Below are positions 37,998 to 47,991 of a stretch of DNA of 64,000 nt, one piece after another. Each line of letters starts with the position of its first letter. The stretch's first letter is position 1. The DNA lies in NCBI GenBank assembly GCA_003331625.1, contig QOPF01000001.1, positions 167,474 through 231,473 on the forward strand. The letters run 5' to 3'. This stretch comes from Gammaproteobacteria bacterium. GTDB taxonomy: Bacteria; Pseudomonadota; Gammaproteobacteria; Magnimaribacterales; AG-339-G14. The notes beneath the pieces were generated by a model that searched no databases, had not been told where the DNA came from, and saw only the letters and a program-made list of their open reading frames with translations. Both the position numbers and the translations under genes were made by a program.

Positions 37998-38827
37998 TTA
38001 CTGATTCTATTTTTAAAAGACTTTGCTATCTTGCTATATATTTTACCGGGAAGACCCGAGCCAATTTCTTTTCCATCTAAGTCTACTATTGGAATAATTC
38101 CTTTTGTTGAATTAGTTACCCATATTTCGTCTGAAGATGAAAAAAAATCTAGTGAGATTTTATCTTCCTCATAGCTAATAGAATTTTCTTCTAGTAACTC
38201 CAAAATAACTTTTCTTGTAACGCCGGGAAGAATATTTTCTTCTAGGGAAGGCGTAAAAACTTTATCATTTTTGCAGCAAAAGATATTGCTGACTGCTCCT
38301 TCAGTAACATAACCATTTTCATAAAGAATAGTTTCAAAAACACCTTTTTGATTGGATTCATCTCTGAACATAACATTGGCTAATAACGACGTTGCCTTAA
38401 TTTGACTTCTTCGCCATCTAAAATCTTTTTTTAATATAGCTTTCTCGCCACTATTTAAAGAAAAATCCGTATGTAACTCATGAGAAGAAATAAATACAGT
38501 GGGAACTAAATTGGGCTTAGGAATATGATCTCTTATTTCATCTGTTCCCCTAGAAATCTGAACATAAATAACTTGATTTAAAAAACTATTTCTAGAAATT
38601 AAATCCAAGATAATTTCCTTAAGCTCAAGAAAATTTTTTAAATTATATCCAAGTGTAGAAAGATTTTTTTCAAGCCTTTCTAGGTGAGCCTCTAGTTGGA
38701 AAGGTTTTTTTTCAAATGCAATTATTACTTCATAAATAGAATCGCCGAATAAAAAGCCTCTGTCCATTGGAGATATTTTTGCATCTTTAATATCTTGAAA
38801 CTCATTATTTAGAAAACAAATAGACAT
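37994..38827 (-). CDS. Class IV (fold type IV) aminotransferase: D-amino-acid aminotransferase or aminodeoxychorismate lyase-like
   Basis: 277 aa with DRGFLFGDSIYEV, an HLERL helix, GVTR and a GIIPI-type C-terminus, typical of Dat/IlvE/PabC. Adjacent to dacA. Confidence 0.75.
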   Translation of the reverse strand: MSICFLNNEFQDIKDAKISPMDRGFLFGDSIYEVIIAFEKKPFQLEAHLERLEKNLSTLGYNLKNFLELKEIILDLISRNSFLNQVIYVQISRGTDEIRDHIPKPNLVPTVFISSHELHTDFSLNSGEKAILKKDFRWRRSQIKATSLLANVMFRDESNQKGVFETILYENGYVTEGAVSNIFCCKNDKVFTPSLEENILPGVTRKVILELLEENSISYEEDKISLDFFSSSDEIWVTNSTKGIIPIVDLDGKEIGSGLPGKIYSKIAKSFKNRISN

Positions 38828-39978
38828 TAATTAATTTCATCTTGCATAAAAAAACTATAAACAAAGAACATGAAGGATTCGATAGTTGCCATTATAAAAC
38901 CTTTTCTTTTTACGTTCGTAACAGCAACTAGGTTTACAGAATTAATTACCCTGCCGTCGACTTTTATATCTAGTCTATCTATTACTGAATTCTTCATTAC
39001 TGGAGCTTTTACTCCTAAGTTTTTGGAAGCCTCAAAACTCAATCTATCAAAAGTAGGTTTGGTCAGAGTAATGTAAACGTCCTCTTTGGGGCCTAGTTCA
39101 AGCTTATTATCTACGCCGCCCCAAACATCAACAATGGAAACTGGCTGGAACTTAGCTATGATTTTTTTTGTCTGATAATACTTAAAACCATAATCTAATA
39201 AACGTCTGGTATCTTGTAATCTAGATTTTTCAGAAGAACTGTTTAATACGATTGATATTAATCTCATATCAGCTCTTTTTGCTGAAGCTACAAGACAATA
39301 TCCAGATGCTCTTGTATGACCAGTTTTGATACCATCAATAGAATCATCCTGCCATAGCAAACTATTTCTGTTTAATTGTCTTATATCGTTGTAAGTAAAT
39401 TCTTTTTCACTATAAATTGTATATTCTTCCGGAAAATCACTTATCAATCTAATGCTTAATTTTGCAATATCTTCTGCAGTTGAATAATGATTTACATTTG
39501 GTAATCCTGTTGGATTAGTGAAATTAGTATTTTTTAACTCCATTTTTTGTGCATACTCATTCATAAGATATGCAAAATCATCTTGAGTTCCGGCAATATG
39601 CTCAGCAAGTGCGCAAGCTGCATCATTGCCAGATTGGATAATCATGCCGCGCATTAAATCTTCAATTAAAACTTCTTTTCCTTCTTGAATAAACATTCTA
39701 GATCCTTCCATTCGCCAACAACTTTCGCTAATTTTCGAAGAATCCTCAAGGCTTAAAAATCCTTGCTTCAAATAATCTGCAACAATGTAACTTGTCATTA
39801 TTTTTGTAATGCTTGCTAGTCCGGTCGAAGCATCGGGGCTTTGCTGTGCAATAATTTTATTGGTGCTAGCATCAAGCAATAAATAACTAGATGCTGTTAT
39901 TTGAGGTATTTTTGGGATAAGAGCCTGAGAAAAAATAGCAGAAGATAAAAACAAACTTATAATAAGATACTTTTTCAT
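38827..39978 (-). CDS. dacA: D-alanyl-D-alanine carboxypeptidase (PBP5/6 family)
   Basis: 383 aa with a signal peptide and the SxxK (ASITKIM), SxN (QSGND) and KTG (IKTGHT) motifs. Confidence 0.9.
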   Translation of the reverse strand: MKKYLIISLFLSSAIFSQALIPKIPQITASSYLLLDASTNKIIAQQSPDASTGLASITKIMTSYIVADYLKQGFLSLEDSSKISESCWRMEGSRMFIQEGKEVLIEDLMRGMIIQSGNDAACALAEHIAGTQDDFAYLMNEYAQKMELKNTNFTNPTGLPNVNHYSTAEDIAKLSIRLISDFPEEYTIYSEKEFTYNDIRQLNRNSLLWQDDSIDGIKTGHTRASGYCLVASAKRADMRLISIVLNSSSEKSRLQDTRRLLDYGFKYYQTKKIIAKFQPVSIVDVWGGVDNKLELGPKEDVYITLTKPTFDRLSFEASKNLGVKAPVMKNSVIDRLDIKVDGRVINSVNLVAVTNVKRKGFIMATIESFMFFVYSFFMQDEIN

Positions 39979-40925
39979 ATTTTTACTCCAAACGCATAAT
40001 CTATTTCTTGACTTAAAAGGAATACCGCCATTACATAGAATGAACTTCTATTGTATCGCGATAAAACATATAAGTTTTTATGACCCAGCCAAAAATCTTT
40101 GTCGTCAAAATTTATTTGAAGATATTTTTTTTGAGCAAGACTTTTTTTATTTAAAATTTGGATCGAATCTAAGTCTCTTAATTTTAAGGAAGTTTTAAAC
40201 TCTGAAGTTACCTCTTGTTCTGCTAGGGGTTCTGCTATAACTCCATTCCTTTCCCATCCATGTTTGCTCAAGTAATTTGCAACACTTCCAATAGCATCAA
40301 TTGGATTGGTTACAATATTTCTAATTCCATCTCCATCAAAATCAATTGCATAGGCTAAGTAAGAACTCGGTATAAATTGACCATATCCCATAGCTCCTGC
40401 ATAAGATCCCTTCATAACTAAAGGATCTAGCTTTTCTTTCCTGGCAAGCAATAAAAAATCTTCTAACTGCTTAATAAAAAACTTACTTCTTCTAGGATAG
40501 TCAAAAGCTAAGGTTGAAAGAGAGTCTATAACTCTTTCCCTGCCTGTAATAGCTCCATAGCTTGATTCTATGCCAATTATTGCTGCAATGATTTCTTTAG
40601 GAATTCCAAATGTCTTTTCTGCTTCAATAAATTCTGGAAGAAATCTAGTCAAAAAATCAACGCCATTATTAATCCTAATTGGAGAAACTAATCTTGATTT
40701 ATATTGAGTCCATGAAAATTTTTTTTCAGCTGGACGATCCATGGAATTAATGATTTTTTCTTTCTTTTTAGCTTTTGTGAATATGTACTGGAGGCGAGAT
40801 TCCTCGAAACCATGTTCATTAACCATCTTAGTTATAAAAGATTTGACTTGAGTTCTATCAGAATAATCGGAAAAAGCATTAGGAGCCGATATAGTTAAAA
40901 GTAAAAGAAATAACAGACTTTTCAA
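39975..40925 (-). CDS. mltB: Lytic murein transglycosylase B
   Basis: 316 aa with a signal peptide and IIGIESSYG (catalytic Glu region) plus GAMGYGQFIPSS. Confidence 0.85.
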   Translation of the reverse strand: MKSLLFLLLLTISAPNAFSDYSDRTQVKSFITKMVNEHGFEESRLQYIFTKAKKKEKIINSMDRPAEKKFSWTQYKSRLVSPIRINNGVDFLTRFLPEFIEAEKTFGIPKEIIAAIIGIESSYGAITGRERVIDSLSTLAFDYPRRSKFFIKQLEDFLLLARKEKLDPLVMKGSYAGAMGYGQFIPSSYLAYAIDFDGDGIRNIVTNPIDAIGSVANYLSKHGWERNGVIAEPLAEQEVTSEFKTSLKLRDLDSIQILNKKSLAQKKYLQINFDDKDFWLGHKNLYVLSRYNRSSFYVMAVFLLSQEIDYAFGVKI

Positions 40926-42022
40926 TTTATTCTCCTCAAAGATAAAATTATACCGATAGTAATCATATTAACCACTAGAGCTGTACCGCCCTGACTTATA
41001 AATGGGAGAGGCATTCCAACAACAGGGAAAATCCCAACCACCATAGAAATATTTAAAGTTACGTAGGCTGCCAATATTATTGAGAGCGTGCCTGCGACTA
41101 GTTTAGCAAATTTTGAATTGCTCATTCTGGCAACAAATAAAAGACGGTGTATTAAAAATGCGTAAAGAAGAAAAAGAATAAGAGCCCCCAAGAAACCAAA
41201 TTCTTCAACTATGACTGCGAATATAAAATCTGTATGACTTTCAGGAATGAAATCTAATTGACTTTGACTACCTTCAGAAAATCCTTTACCTAAAAATTGA
41301 CCAGATCCTATGGCTATTTTTGATTGCGCAATATTCCAGCCCGATCCCAAAATATCGGTATCTGGACTAAAAAAAGTGAAAACCCTTTCTCTTTGATAAT
41401 CTAAAAGGCTCATCCATAAAAAAGGTAAGACAGCTAAGCCAGCTAAAAAACTATAAAAAATATATGGCCAAGGCATTCCAGAAAGAACGATAGGTACTAA
41501 TCCAGAAAGAAGAACGATTGCAGACGTACCAAAATCTGGTTGAAAAAAAACAAGCAAAAATGCAATCAAAGTAGTTATTGCAACTACCAACCAGTCAGAA
41601 AATTTAATTTGAGGATTTCTTGAAAGATAGGCGGCTGCAGAAATAGGTAATAAAAAACGCATTAATTCTGAAGGTTGAAACCCAATAAATCCTATATTTA
41701 TCCACCTATTTGTAGTTCCCGAATTAGGTAAAATCAAAACTAAAATTAAAAAGAAAAATCCTACCCAAACTCCATTCAAATAAATAGGCTCCATTTTCCT
41801 GAAGTTTGAAATAGCAGCTATAAACATCAACATCATTCCGATTAAAAAATATATTCCTTGTTTATAAAGAAGCATAGTGGATCCACTTGCGCTATAAATC
41901 ATTGCTAAGCCGAATAGACTTAAAACTATGACCGTTAAGATTATAGAAAAATCAAAGTTTATTTTAGAGTTAGTTTTCCTTAATTTAATATCTACAGAAA
42001 AACTTAGAGGTTTATTTTGCAT
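40922..42022 (-). CDS. rodA: Peptidoglycan glycosyltransferase RodA (SEDS family)
   Basis: 366 aa polytopic membrane protein with QPSELMR, PESHTDFIF and a C-terminal G.PLPFISQGGTA. Confidence 0.92.
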   Translation of the reverse strand: MQNKPLSFSVDIKLRKTNSKINFDFSIILTVIVLSLFGLAMIYSASGSTMLLYKQGIYFLIGMMLMFIAAISNFRKMEPIYLNGVWVGFFFLILVLILPNSGTTNRWINIGFIGFQPSELMRFLLPISAAAYLSRNPQIKFSDWLVVAITTLIAFLLVFFQPDFGTSAIVLLSGLVPIVLSGMPWPYIFYSFLAGLAVLPFLWMSLLDYQRERVFTFFSPDTDILGSGWNIAQSKIAIGSGQFLGKGFSEGSQSQLDFIPESHTDFIFAVIVEEFGFLGALILFLLYAFLIHRLLFVARMSNSKFAKLVAGTLSIILAAYVTLNISMVVGIFPVVGMPLPFISQGGTALVVNMITIGIILSLRRIN

Positions 42023-42026
42023 TTTC

Positions 42027-43838
42027 TTATTTAGAATAAAAGTTTATTGCTGATTGAACGATTGGAGCTGCTACTTCGCTACCAGATTCACCATTTTCTA
42101 TGATAACGGCTACTACTAATTTTGGATCATTTACTGGTCCGTAACCTACAAATAGCGCATGGTCCCTTAATAATGGGTTTTCCCTTATTGCATCATATTC
42201 TTTTCCTGGAAGGATACTCTTAATTTGGGCGGTACCAGTTTTTCCTGCAATTACTTTTGAGTTTTTATCGAAGACTTTATGTGCAGTACCATTTCTTGCA
42301 GCTATTACATCAATTAATGCTTTTTCCATTTTTTCCCATCCGCCCTCATCTGATAAATTTATGTGAGCAATCTTTTCTGGTTTATAGGTTTTTTCATCAG
42401 AAGGCTGAATAAATAAAGGCTTATAGATTATTCCTTTATTAGCTAAACCTGAATAAGCAACAGCTAGTTGTAATGGCGTAGATAAGATATATCCCTGTCC
42501 TATTCCTAAATTTATAGTATCTCCTTTGAACCAAAAATCACCCTTGTACCCTAATTTCCATTTTTTATCAGGTAATAAACCTGAGGATTCAAAGGGAGTA
42601 AGGCCTGTTTTTTTTCCAAAACCGAAATTTTCTAACATGGGTTTAATTCCTGATAAGGTCAAATCGTAAGCAAGGTTATAAAAATAAACATCTGACGATT
42701 CAATTATTGCCTTTCTCATGTCAACGTTTCCATGGCCGTTTTCCTTCCAACCCCTGTATGGCCTAGGATCTCCTTCGACAAAATATTTTCCATTATCTCT
42801 TATCTTTTTTTCCCAGCTTATAACCCTATTCTCAATTGCAGCTAGGCCTACAAAAGGTTTTAGTGTTGAAGCAGGAGGATATTGTCCAGAAATAGCTCTA
42901 TTAAAAATAGGACTATCTTGATTATCAAATAACTTTTCTACCAAAGTTGAATCGACTATTGAATTTAATATGTTTGGATCGTAAGAGGGAGAACTAATTA
43001 ATGCCCTCACTAATCCAGTTTTTGGCTCAAGAGCTACCAATGCGCCCTTCCTTCCTTTGAAAAGTTTAAAAAGATGAGTTTGAAGAGATTTATCAATGGA
43101 TAAATAAATATTCTCGCCATCTTTAGCTCCTTCTGTATCTAAAACTCTAACTAATTTTCCCTTAACATCTCTTTCTTGTGTTTGATAACCAGGCTTGCCT
43201 CTTAAAATGAAATCAAATTCCTTCTCAATGCCAGTTTTTCCAATTTGAGAATTTTTAATTTCAGATAAAGAATTGTCATTCTGAATATCAACCAGAGAAA
43301 TATCTCCTACGTACCCAATAATATGAGCAAGTGTTTGATCATGCAGAACATACCTTTTCAGCGAGGAAATAACTTCAACACCTGAAATTAAATCTATATT
43401 AACTTTTATCTTTGCAATTTGTTCCTCATTTAAAGATTTAACTAAAGGGAAAGAATCATAATTTTTTATTTTTAAGGCTCTAGAAAAATAAATTGATTCT
43501 AACCCTTCAAAAGATAAGCCAAGAAGATCTGATAGGGTCAGTAGAGTTTTATTAGGATTTTCGATATACGCTGGGGTTACATATAAATCTCTTTGAACAA
43601 CGTTTTCAACCAATAACTCTCCACGATGATCGTAAATAAAGCCCCTCACAGGATTAATGGTTTTCTGATAAATTCTATTCGATTCGGCAATAGTTTGATA
43701 TTTATCTCCCTGTATAATAGTTAAATTAAATACCTGAATAAGAGAAATAAAAAAAAGCAGAATAAAAGGAGATAAAAATAATAAAGATCTTAAATATTCT
43801 TGCCCTGACCTGAAGCTTTGCCTTTGATTCAAGTTCAT
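42027..43838 (-). CDS. mrdA: Penicillin-binding protein 2 (elongasome transpeptidase)
   Basis: 603 aa with the SxxK (ASTLKPF), SxD (SSDVYF) and KTGTAQ motifs. Adjacent to rodA. Confidence 0.93.
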   Translation of the reverse strand: MNLNQRQSFRSGQEYLRSLLFLSPFILLFFISLIQVFNLTIIQGDKYQTIAESNRIYQKTINPVRGFIYDHRGELLVENVVQRDLYVTPAYIENPNKTLLTLSDLLGLSFEGLESIYFSRALKIKNYDSFPLVKSLNEEQIAKIKVNIDLISGVEVISSLKRYVLHDQTLAHIIGYVGDISLVDIQNDNSLSEIKNSQIGKTGIEKEFDFILRGKPGYQTQERDVKGKLVRVLDTEGAKDGENIYLSIDKSLQTHLFKLFKGRKGALVALEPKTGLVRALISSPSYDPNILNSIVDSTLVEKLFDNQDSPIFNRAISGQYPPASTLKPFVGLAAIENRVISWEKKIRDNGKYFVEGDPRPYRGWKENGHGNVDMRKAIIESSDVYFYNLAYDLTLSGIKPMLENFGFGKKTGLTPFESSGLLPDKKWKLGYKGDFWFKGDTINLGIGQGYILSTPLQLAVAYSGLANKGIIYKPLFIQPSDEKTYKPEKIAHINLSDEGGWEKMEKALIDVIAARNGTAHKVFDKNSKVIAGKTGTAQIKSILPGKEYDAIRENPLLRDHALFVGYGPVNDPKLVVAVIIENGESGSEVAAPIVQSAINFYSK

Positions 43839-43839
43839 T

Positions 43840-44166
43840 TTAGTTTAATGAAGGGTCCCAAAGACTTTCTAAGTCATATAACTTTCTAGAATCTAAAGAC
43901 ATTATATTCACTACATAATCTCCTAAATCTAATAGAATCCAGTCGGCTGAATCTTGCCCTTCTACTCCAGAGATTGATATCTTATTTTTCTTTAGATCTT
44001 CAATGAGTCTGTCTTTAATAGCTGACATATGTCTAGATGAAGTTCCTGAAGTAATAACGAGATTATCTGTAAAAGAATTAAGCTTTGATATATCTAAAAA
44101 AGTTGTATTTTGAGCTTTTAAATCTTCTAAACTGTTTTTTATAATTTTTTTGGAACTCTTTGGCAT
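43840..44166 (-). CDS. rsfS: Ribosome silencing factor RsfS
   Basis: 108 aa. ADWILLDLGDYVVNIM is typical of RsfS/YbeB. nadD-rsfS synteny. Confidence 0.85.
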   Translation of the reverse strand: MPKSSKKIIKNSLEDLKAQNTTFLDISKLNSFTDNLVITSGTSSRHMSAIKDRLIEDLKKNKISISGVEGQDSADWILLDLGDYVVNIMSLDSRKLYDLESLWDPSLN

Positions 44167-44793
44167 TTAATTTTTATATAAAGATTTTTTAGATATGTAA
44201 TCTTCAACTTCATGTGTTACTAAATCTGAAATACTTTCACCCATTTTAATTTTATTTCTAACCTCTGACGATGAAATATTTACCAAGTCATTTTCAAGTA
44301 AATAAATTTTTCCATTTTCTAAAAAAAGCTCTTCTTTGTAATCTATGATTCGATTTAATAATCTATCATCAACTTTTTCTTTTTTTGATGTGGTTCTTCC
44401 AACCACAAGCAAAGAGCACAACGATAATATTTCTTTCCATTTATTCCATAAAGTGAAATTACATAAGGAATCAAAACCAATAATTAAAGATAGGTGTTTA
44501 CTTTTTTCTAGATTTTTAAGATGTAATAAAGTATCTAAAGTATATGAAGTTTTCTTATTTTTCGTTTCATAATCATTTATTAAAATATTTTTGGATTTCT
44601 TAAAAGCTAGTTCGATCATTTTTAGGCGATGGCTTTCATGAATTTGAATATTTTTGTTATGAGGAGATTGATAGTTAGGAATAATTTGTATTTCTTGAAC
44701 AAGATTTAAATTATTAATATGTCTTATTACTTCAACATGGCCTTTATGGATTGGATCAAAAGCTCCACCAAAAATACCTATGATTCCCTCCAT
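44167..44793 (-). CDS. nadD: Nicotinate-nucleotide adenylyltransferase
   Basis: 208 aa with GIFGGAFDPIHKGH, the (H/T)xGH nucleotidyltransferase motif. Confidence 0.9.
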   Translation of the reverse strand: MEGIIGIFGGAFDPIHKGHVEVIRHINNLNLVQEIQIIPNYQSPHNKNIQIHESHRLKMIELAFKKSKNILINDYETKNKKTSYTLDTLLHLKNLEKSKHLSLIIGFDSLCNFTLWNKWKEILSLCSLLVVGRTTSKKEKVDDRLLNRIIDYKEELFLENGKIYLLENDLVNISSSEVRNKIKMGESISDLVTHEVEDYISKKSLYKN

Positions 44794-44796
44794 TAA

Positions 44797-46059
44797 TTAA
44801 GATCTAAGTTGTCCTTGTCCTTTAATAACAAATTTTTGACTAGTTAAGCCTTCTAAACCGACTGGTCCTCTAGCGTGTAATTTATCTGTAGATATTCCTA
44901 CCTCCGCTCCAAGTCCATATTCAAAACCATCTGCAAAACAAGTAGGTAAATTATGCATAACCGAAGAAGAGTCTACTTCTTTAAAAAATTTTTCTACGCT
45001 TGATAAATTTTCAGAAACAATTGAATCGGTGTGACCCGAACCAAAAGAATTTATATGAGATATGGCATCTTCTAGATTTTTTACAATTTTAATTGCGAGA
45101 ATAGGAGCAAGATATTCTGTAATCCAATCTTTATCGTTAGCTAATTTAGTTTCAATAAAATTCTGAGTATCATTACAACCTCTTAATTCAACATTATGTC
45201 TATCCAATTCAATCTTTAATTTAGGTAGGATTATTTTTGCTATATCCTCTGAAACTAAAAGTGTTTCCATTGTTCCACATATTCCATATCTGTAGGTTTT
45301 CGCGTTAACAGTTATCTCAAGTGCTTTTTTTAAATCTGCATCTTTATCAAGAAAGACGTGACAAATACCTTCATAATGTTTTAAGACAGGAATTTTTGCT
45401 TCTTCGGAAACTATTTTTATTAAACTTTTACCGCCTCTGGGAATCAATAGGTCAATTTCATTCTCTCGCTTAATCATCTCATTAACCAATTTTCTATCTT
45501 GATTTTTTATCAATTGAATAGAAAACTTTGGCAAAGATGCCTTCTCCAAGCCTAATTGCATGCATTCTTCTATAACTCTATTTGAATTACTAGCTTCTGA
45601 ACCACCCCTTAAAATACAAGCATTTCCTGACTTTAAACATAAAGCAGAAGCATCGGCAGTTACATTTGGTCGGGATTCATAAATAATGCCAATCACTCCT
45701 AAAGGAACCCTCATTTTTGATACCTCAAAACCAGAAGGCGAAATATGAGACTTATCTTCTTTTCCGATTGGATCATCAAGATTTATAACTTTATCTAAGC
45801 CTGCAATCATTCCATCAATTCTAGATTTATTTAGCTCAAGACGATCTACAAAAGAAGTCTGAAGATCTTTTTTGCTTGCTAATTCCATATCAATTTCGTT
45901 AGCTTCTACTAATTTGTTCACATTTTTAAGAATGTATTCTGCACCATACTTTAAAGCATCGTCTTTTATGCTTTGAGAAGCCCTTCTCAATTCCAACTTA
46001 GCTTGTTGAGCTTGATTGCAGATTGAATCAAGCTCAGAAAGAGGTTTTTTTGTACTCAT
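44797..46059 (-). CDS. proA: Gamma-glutamyl phosphate reductase
   Basis: 420 aa of the aldehyde dehydrogenase fold, with IYESRPNVT, LRGGSEA, the catalytic Cys region and GLEGLTS. Confidence 0.93.
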   Translation of the reverse strand: MSTKKPLSELDSICNQAQQAKLELRRASQSIKDDALKYGAEYILKNVNKLVEANEIDMELASKKDLQTSFVDRLELNKSRIDGMIAGLDKVINLDDPIGKEDKSHISPSGFEVSKMRVPLGVIGIIYESRPNVTADASALCLKSGNACILRGGSEASNSNRVIEECMQLGLEKASLPKFSIQLIKNQDRKLVNEMIKRENEIDLLIPRGGKSLIKIVSEEAKIPVLKHYEGICHVFLDKDADLKKALEITVNAKTYRYGICGTMETLLVSEDIAKIILPKLKIELDRHNVELRGCNDTQNFIETKLANDKDWITEYLAPILAIKIVKNLEDAISHINSFGSGHTDSIVSENLSSVEKFFKEVDSSSVMHNLPTCFADGFEYGLGAEVGISTDKLHARGPVGLEGLTSQKFVIKGQGQLRS

Positions 46060-46066
46060 GTGTTGT

Positions 46067-46080
46067 ATTATTGCAATAAT
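46067..46080. promoter_or_regulatory. Perfect 14-bp palindrome ATTATTG|CAATAAT in the 35-bp proA/dedA divergent gap
   Basis: Read directly; all 7 arm positions pair. Confidence 0.25.
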
Positions 46081-46094
46081 TTAATTATCTGCCT

Positions 46095-46694
46095 ATGTTC
46101 GATTCAATACTATTATTTCTAGAGACTAATCCCGACTGGGTAAATTGGACCATTTTTGTACTGATTTTTATTGAGTCTCTTTTTATTATAGGTTTATTTA
46201 CTCCAGCTTTACTTATCATTCCTGGTATAGGAGCGTTAGCTGCAAGTGTAGGAATCAGCCCTTTTGAAATAACTTTTTACGCAACTATGGGTATGATTAT
46301 TGGAGATTCAACTAGTTTTGTATTGGGTAGACTTGTAGGAAATAAATTATTTGACTGGGTGCCAAACGATTACCATCGCTATGTTAAACAAGCTCAAAAA
46401 TTTATGAAAAAGTATGGAATTCTAAGTGTTGCGCTTGGAAGATTTATTGGGCCTTTAAGATGTGTAGTTCCTTTTACAGCAGGTTCCTTAGGCATGAGAA
46501 AGAGTATTTTTTTTCCAGTAACTTTTTTGTCTGCTCCCACTTGGACTTCTTTGTACGTTCTAACTGGTTATTTTTTAGGAGTAGCATTTATAGAATATTT
46601 CAACTACGCTTTGATAGGATTAATTCTGGTCATAACGATTTATACTGTTTACAAAGATCCAATGAATTTAAGAGAGGATAGTAATAATGTCTAA
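46095..46694 (+). CDS. DedA-family membrane protein
   Basis: 199 aa with several TM segments. GRFIGPLRCVVPFTAGSLGM matches the DedA/SNARE-associated motif. Confidence 0.75.
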   Translation: MFDSILLFLETNPDWVNWTIFVLIFIESLFIIGLFTPALLIIPGIGALAASVGISPFEITFYATMGMIIGDSTSFVLGRLVGNKLFDWVPNDYHRYVKQAQKFMKKYGILSVALGRFIGPLRCVVPFTAGSLGMRKSIFFPVTFLSAPTWTSLYVLTGYFLGVAFIEYFNYALIGLILVITIYTVYKDPMNLREDSNNV

Positions 46695-47991
46695 AAGAGA
46701 TAGCGAAAATAAATTTTTATCTGGAAATTGGTATCCAGTAGAAGAATCATCTTCTACCGAACTCAATATCTCTGGAGAATTACCTAAAGAACTGACAGGA
46801 TTATTTCTCAGAAATGGCCCTAATCCGAAAGAACCAATAAATCACAAGAATTATCATCCATTTTTTGGTGATGGCATGATCCATGGCATAAGGCTGGATG
46901 AAGGAAAGGCTTTATGGTACAAAAATAAATATGTAACTTCGCCTCTAGGATTTGGTCCTAATACTCATGTTCTAATTCATGGAGAAAAAATCTATGCTCT
47001 TGTTGAAGGAGGATCTGCTCCTGTCATATTAGACTCGGAAATGAATTTTCTTGATGAAGAACCTTTTCCTGCTGCGGAAAATAAAAGATTTACTGCTCAT
47101 CCAAAAATTGATTCAGAAACTGGTGAAATGCATGCCATTAGTTATGACTTTGGAGAATATGTTAATGGTCTTGGCCAAGTTCACTATGTAACTATCGATA
47201 AAAATGGAAAATTAGTAAAAGACCATGTTATCGAATTACCCAGCAGGCCTATGGTTCATGATTGTGCCATTACAAAAAACTATGTTTTAGTATTTGATTT
47301 ACCAGTAACATTTAATTTAGGAAGAAGAGAAGCTGATAAAAATTCTACTGGTGGAGATTATCCTGTCATTTGGAATGAAAAGCATTTACCTCGGGTTGGG
47401 CTACAAAACAAAAAAACAGATGAAATTACTTGGATTGAAGTTAATCCAGGATTTCTTTTTCATATTGTAAATTCTTATGAAGATGAAAAAGGTCTAGTAA
47501 TTTTAGATTTTTGTAGATACGAGAGACTTTTTGATTTTGAAAACCCACTACCAATGGGGAATAAACCTTATTTGACTCGGTGGACTTTAGATCCATTAAA
47601 AAAAACTTGTGTTGAAGAAATGCTAGACGATAGATCTATGGAGTTTTCCAGAGTTCACCCTGATTATGATGGTAAAAAACATCGTTTTGGATATTTGTTA
47701 AATGATGGAAAATTAAATAATTACTTCAAACATGATTTCGATGAGAAAAAAACAATTACTCATGATTTTGGCCCTTTTAAACAAGCGGCGGAACCTGTCT
47801 TCATTCCTAAAAAAAATGCTAAGTCTGAAGATGATGGCTTTGTAGTAGGTTTTGTTTATGACAAACAAACTGATTTAAGTGATTTTGTTGTTCTAGATGC
47901 GCAAAACTTTTCTGATGAGCCTTTAGCTAAAATTTCTTTACCCCAACGAGTACCATTTGGATTTCATGGAAGTTGGATTAATTTAAGCTAA
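46687..47991 (+). CDS. Carotenoid cleavage oxygenase (RPE65/CCD family)
   Basis: 434 aa starting FLSGNWYPV...LFLRNGPNP, with four conserved His contexts (GDGMIH, TAHPK, VHDCAIT, FHGSW). 8-nt overlap with dedA. Confidence 0.85.
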   Translation: MSKRDSENKFLSGNWYPVEESSSTELNISGELPKELTGLFLRNGPNPKEPINHKNYHPFFGDGMIHGIRLDEGKALWYKNKYVTSPLGFGPNTHVLIHGEKIYALVEGGSAPVILDSEMNFLDEEPFPAAENKRFTAHPKIDSETGEMHAISYDFGEYVNGLGQVHYVTIDKNGKLVKDHVIELPSRPMVHDCAITKNYVLVFDLPVTFNLGRREADKNSTGGDYPVIWNEKHLPRVGLQNKKTDEITWIEVNPGFLFHIVNSYEDEKGLVILDFCRYERLFDFENPLPMGNKPYLTRWTLDPLKKTCVEEMLDDRSMEFSRVHPDYDGKKHRFGYLLNDGKLNNYFKHDFDEKKTITHDFGPFKQAAEPVFIPKKNAKSEDDGFVVGFVYDKQTDLSDFVVLDAQNFSDEPLAKISLPQRVPFGFHGSWINLS

